A stretch of 20,000 bases of DNA, from sequence record SRR2962707_5461; one strand, written 5' to 3'. A program made the translations under genes and the position numbers. Below the pieces are notes generated by a model that was given only the letters and a program-made list of their open reading frames with translations, was not told where the DNA came from and ran no database searches. Below, one piece after another: positions 17,174 through 20,000 of the stretch. How positions within the stretch are numbered: position 1 is the first letter of the stretch; each line of letters opens with the position of its first letter.

Positions 17174-17281
17174 TTGAAAGGAGGTTTCTCACTGTCATTA
17201 AGCTGGTTAGAAACATGGGCGAAAGTGCTTAGCATAAGAGCGCTTTTTATGGCGTGGCGAGTGCTTAAAAAAGCCTTTTAG
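17174..17281 (+). CDS. Candidate small cationic amphipathic peptide (35 aa from TTG 17174, or 29 aa from CTG 17192)
   Basis: Frame MKGGFSLSLSWLETWAKVLSIRALFMAWRVLKKAF*. GAGG lies 8 nt before the TTG and AAGGAGG 7 nt before the CTG. No ATG start, and the stop lies in a terminator stem, so coding status is unproven. Confidence 0.3.
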   Translation: MKGGFSLSLSWLETWAKVLSIRALFMAWRVLKKAF

Positions 17282-17302
17282 ATCAATCCTAAAAGGCTTT
17301 TT
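17268..17302. terminator. Bidirectional intrinsic terminator downstream of the Fe-ADH gene
   Basis: AAAAAGCCTTTTAG-ATCAATC-CTAAAAGGCTTTTT; 14-bp arms with U-runs on both strands. Confidence 0.88.
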
Positions 17303-17328
17303 GGTTTGCTGTATTAATGCTTTTTGAA

Positions 17329-18477
17329 CTACATAGCGGCTTTGAAAATAGCCACCACGTCTTCATGGCTTGGTTGGATTGGGTTGGTAAGCCCACAAGC
17401 GTCTTTCATGGCGTTGTCAGCCAGAGTGCTAAAGTCTTCTTCTTTTGCACCAAGCTCGGTTAAGCCAGCTGGGATGTTAACGCTTTGAGACAGTTTAACA
17501 ATCGCTGCAATGGCGGCATCCGCGCCTTCTTTATCGCTTAATCCGTTTACTTCTTGGCCCAATGCTTTGGCGATATCTTTTAAGCGTGGAGCGGCCACTT
17601 GTGCATTATAGCGTTGTACATGAGGCAGCAATACTGCGTTACACACACCGTGTGGCAAGTCGTAAAAACCGCCCAATTGGTGAGCCATAGCATGCACATA
17701 GCCTAACGATGCATTGTTAAACGCCATGCCAGCTAAGAATTGCGCATAGGCCATTTTGTCGCGTGCTTCCATGTTAGTGCCGTTATGCACCGCTTCGTGT
17801 AAATGGTCACGGATCAGTTCAATGGCCTTGATGGCGCAGGCGTCTGTGATTGGGTCCGCGGCGGTAGACACATAGGCTTCAATGGCGTGTGTAAGTGCGT
17901 CCATACCGGTTGCAGCGGTCAAAGATGCTGGCATGCCTGCCATGAGTCGAGGATCGTTTACCGATAAAATCGGCGTTACGTTTTGATCCACAATGGCCAT
18001 TTTTATGTGGCGATCTTGGTCCGTGATGATACAAAAGCGCGTCATTTCAGAGGCGGTGCCCGCCGTGGTGTTAATGCCAATCAAAGGCAGTTGTGGTTTC
18101 TTAGACACATCCACGCCTTCGTAGTCGCTAATATGGCCGCCATTGGTCGCAACAAGGGCGATGCCTTTGGCGCAATCATGGGCAGAGCCGCCGCCTAAAG
18201 AGATCACACAGTCACATTGATGAGTGTGTAACACGTCTAAGCCTGCGTTAACGTTGTTGACTGTCGGGTTGGGTTGAACACCATCAAAAATCAAGCTTTG
18301 TATGCCGCGAGCTTGCAACAAACCTTTTAGCTCATCAGCGACACCTAGCTTTGTCATTCCTGGATCAGTAACAATCAAAGCTTGCTTAAATCCAAGGTTT
18401 TCGATTTGTACGATGGCGTCATTAAGAGCGCCTTCGCCCATGATGTTGACCGCTGGAATGTAGAATGTGCTACTCAT
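17329..18477 (-). CDS. yiaY: Iron-containing alcohol dehydrogenase / L-threonine dehydrogenase (YiaY-like)
   Basis: [61 protein letters not shown]; 382 aa from ATG 18477 (AAGGA RBS). Confidence 0.9.
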   Translation of the reverse strand: MSSTFYIPAVNIMGEGALNDAIVQIENLGFKQALIVTDPGMTKLGVADELKGLLQARGIQSLIFDGVQPNPTVNNVNAGLDVLHTHQCDCVISLGGGSAHDCAKGIALVATNGGHISDYEGVDVSKKPQLPLIGINTTAGTASEMTRFCIITDQDRHIKMAIVDQNVTPILSVNDPRLMAGMPASLTAATGMDALTHAIEAYVSTAADPITDACAIKAIELIRDHLHEAVHNGTNMEARDKMAYAQFLAGMAFNNASLGYVHAMAHQLGGFYDLPHGVCNAVLLPHVQRYNAQVAAPRLKDIAKALGQEVNGLSDKEGADAAIAAIVKLSQSVNIPAGLTELGAKEEDFSTLADNAMKDACGLTNPIQPSHEDVVAIFKAAM

Positions 18478-18592
18478 GAGATTATCCTTATGATTAGTGA
18501 TGGATGTTGTAAACCATGACTTCATTTTGGCACTTTTCATTTGTGTTCGATTTGACTTAACGCAAGCTTTTGTAGAATGGAAGCGACTTTGT

Positions 18593-18606
18593 TTGATGCT
18601 AATTAA
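18593..18606. promoter_or_regulatory. FNR-like box upstream of yiaY
   Basis: TTGAT-GCTA-ATTAA, 9/10 match to TTGAT-N4-ATCAA; overlaps the tetR stop codon. Confidence 0.35.
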
Positions 18607-19151
18607 TGCGCGACGGCTTTTAGCATGGGGATGCATTTTAACGCCGCCTCTCGATCTTGGCTGACGTAGGCGCTGCTAATGGCGCCTTCTTTTAACAGGC
18701 AGATTAGGTCGACAAAAGACGCATCTTGGTTGCTCAATGCTCGTTGAATGAGGTGGCGAACCTGTTCTTTATGCTGGCGGCAATATTGAGAAATAGCACA
18801 GTCTTCAGCGCTGAATTCGGCGCATGTGTTGATGAAAAAGCAGCCTCGAAATGAGTCTAACTCAGGAACTTTGTCGTGAAACCAATCGTTTAACCCATGA
18901 AACAACTTGTCTATCACGTCCTGGTCATTTTTGGCACCGTCTAGCAGGTTGGTTAGCCATTGAAGAAAACGCTGGTTTCTTGCTTCTAGAGTGGCTAATG
19001 CCAATGCCTCTTTGCCGGCAAAATGATGGTAGAGGGTTTTTTTGGCAATGCCGGACACACTAAGAATCTCGTTGATGCCGATAGAGTGGATGCTGTTTCG
19101 GTAAAATAGCGTCAGAGCGGTTTCGATAAGGGTTTGGCGTTTGCTGTTCAT
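18603..19151 (-). CDS. TetR/AcrR family transcriptional regulator (Cys-rich, NemR-like operator)
   Basis: [27 protein letters not shown] and C-terminal FRGCFFINT. Start moved to ATG 19151 (GAGGAG RBS). Confidence 0.93.
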   Translation of the reverse strand: MNSKRQTLIETALTLFYRNSIHSIGINEILSVSGIAKKTLYHHFAGKEALALATLEARNQRFLQWLTNLLDGAKNDQDVIDKLFHGLNDWFHDKVPELDSFRGCFFINTCAEFSAEDCAISQYCRQHKEQVRHLIQRALSNQDASFVDLICLLKEGAISSAYVSQDREAALKCIPMLKAVAH

Positions 19152-19172
19152 TGTGACTCCTCTTGAAGCCTT

Positions 19173-19206
19173 ATAGTGGCAAAAGTAGACTGAAGTGTCT
19201 ACTTTT
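19173..19206 (-). promoter_or_regulatory. TetR operator palindrome overlapping the tetR promoter
   Basis: AAAAGTAGAC-TGAAGT-GTCTACTTTT (19181-19206, perfect 10-bp arms). Minus-strand -35 TAGACA (19201-19196), 17-nt spacer, then TG-extended -10 CACTAT (19178-19173). Confidence 0.8.
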
Positions 19207-19393
19207 CGTGGTGTAGGTCTTTTTCTGCTTTTGGTGATTTCTATCAAGAAGATTAATTGCGTTGATCCTCATTGCTTGTGGATTTATCACTGCTCAAATT
19301 GTCGCTCTGTGGTAAGGTTTCGGCTATTCAAAGCGTGAGGGCGAATTGGCCGCAGCGCACAGACATTAGTGACCTATTTAGAAGGAAGTGGTT

Positions 19394-19978
19394 GTGTCCG
19401 ACACTCAATCGATAGAAATCAGTAAATTAGAAAAATTGCGTACTGCTTGGTTGCCTGCGGTCGAATTTTTGTTTGGGGAAGCCGCACCAGAAGCGGAGTT
19501 TGTTGGTTTTGAAATGAACGCCAATTCGGCAAAACCAGTGGCTTTGTTTGACAATGAGAAGGCACCATACCAATACAAGATTCAGATGCCAGCCCGTAGT
19601 TTTAGCAATGACGTGATGTTATTGGCAGATGTGATTCAAGAAATGGTCCGTGGCTTATTTCCGGCGGGTGAAAAAGATCATCAAACTACCTCACTTTGTG
19701 AAGGCACTGTGGTTTACGGGGCTATCATGGCGATTAAGCAGGTGTTTGGTGAAGAGTCTGTGGATTCTTACTTGAATGCGCTGCGCGAAAATGTGCCTGC
19801 TTATTACGATGCTTTTTCCTATGTTGCCGTGTTGTTAACAGAAGACCCTCAAGCCATCAAAAAGCTGCGTTCTGTTCAACCACTTTTATATAAGGTGAAA
19901 AAAGAGGACTTCGACACTGCGAATGTTGAGATTAACCGTAAGGTGAAGGATATTCTGCTGCTGACGTTCCGCGCTTAA
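19394..19978 (+). CDS. Hypothetical protein, possibly a degenerate zincin (gluzincin-like) fold
   Basis: 194-aa ORF from GTG 19394 (AAGGA 7 nt upstream); candidate extended -10 TGgTAAGGT at 19310-19318; VIQEMVRGL...LCEGTVVY pattern. Confidence 0.75.
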   Translation: MSDTQSIEISKLEKLRTAWLPAVEFLFGEAAPEAEFVGFEMNANSAKPVALFDNEKAPYQYKIQMPARSFSNDVMLLADVIQEMVRGLFPAGEKDHQTTSLCEGTVVYGAIMAIKQVFGEESVDSYLNALRENVPAYYDAFSYVAVLLTEDPQAIKKLRSVQPLLYKVKKEDFDTANVEINRKVKDILLLTFRA

Positions 19979-20000
19979 TAAGCGTATTAGACCTAGCGCT

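Noticed and set aside
18562..18588. + strand promoter-like TTGACT...TAGAAT antisense to tetR
   Set aside because: Spacer is only 15 nt, too short for a typical sigma-70 promoter.
1..20000. CRISPR arrays, IS elements, integron attC cassettes, tRNA/rRNA, defence systems
   Set aside because: No repeat-spacer periodicity, transposase/integrase ORFs, repeated attC-like elements or RNA-gene signatures were seen.

Overview
Chromosomal window from a gammaproteobacterium; the gene content looks Marinomonas/Vibrio-like, but the taxon is an inference. Left: the 5' part of a membrane CHASE-GGDEF-EAL gene on the minus strand, running off the window and absent from the ORF track. Centre (2.3-14.0 kb, minus strand): an intact 13-gene urea uptake and urease cluster, urtABCDE-ureDABCEFG-ureJ, headed by a 16-bp palindrome. 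Right: a glutathione S-transferase, a DUF938 methyltransferase, a 2OG-Fe(II) oxygenase, a YiaY-like Fe-alcohol dehydrogenase, a Cys-rich TetR regulator with its own operator, and a hypothetical protein resembling an inactivated zinc peptidase. No mobile elements, CRISPR arrays, tRNAs or rRNAs were seen. The protein-coding content is mostly known biology. The most interesting unexplained signals are non-coding or small: (i) a structured + strand unit at 17085-17302 with two sequestered Shine-Dalgarno sequences and a 29-35 aa cationic amphipathic ORF, resembling a type I toxin locus; (ii) the urtA palindrome at activator position -42.5 with no regulator in the window; (iii) a GGA-rich, Csr/Rsm-sRNA-like tract at 2144-2321. 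All three are hypotheses from manual reading.
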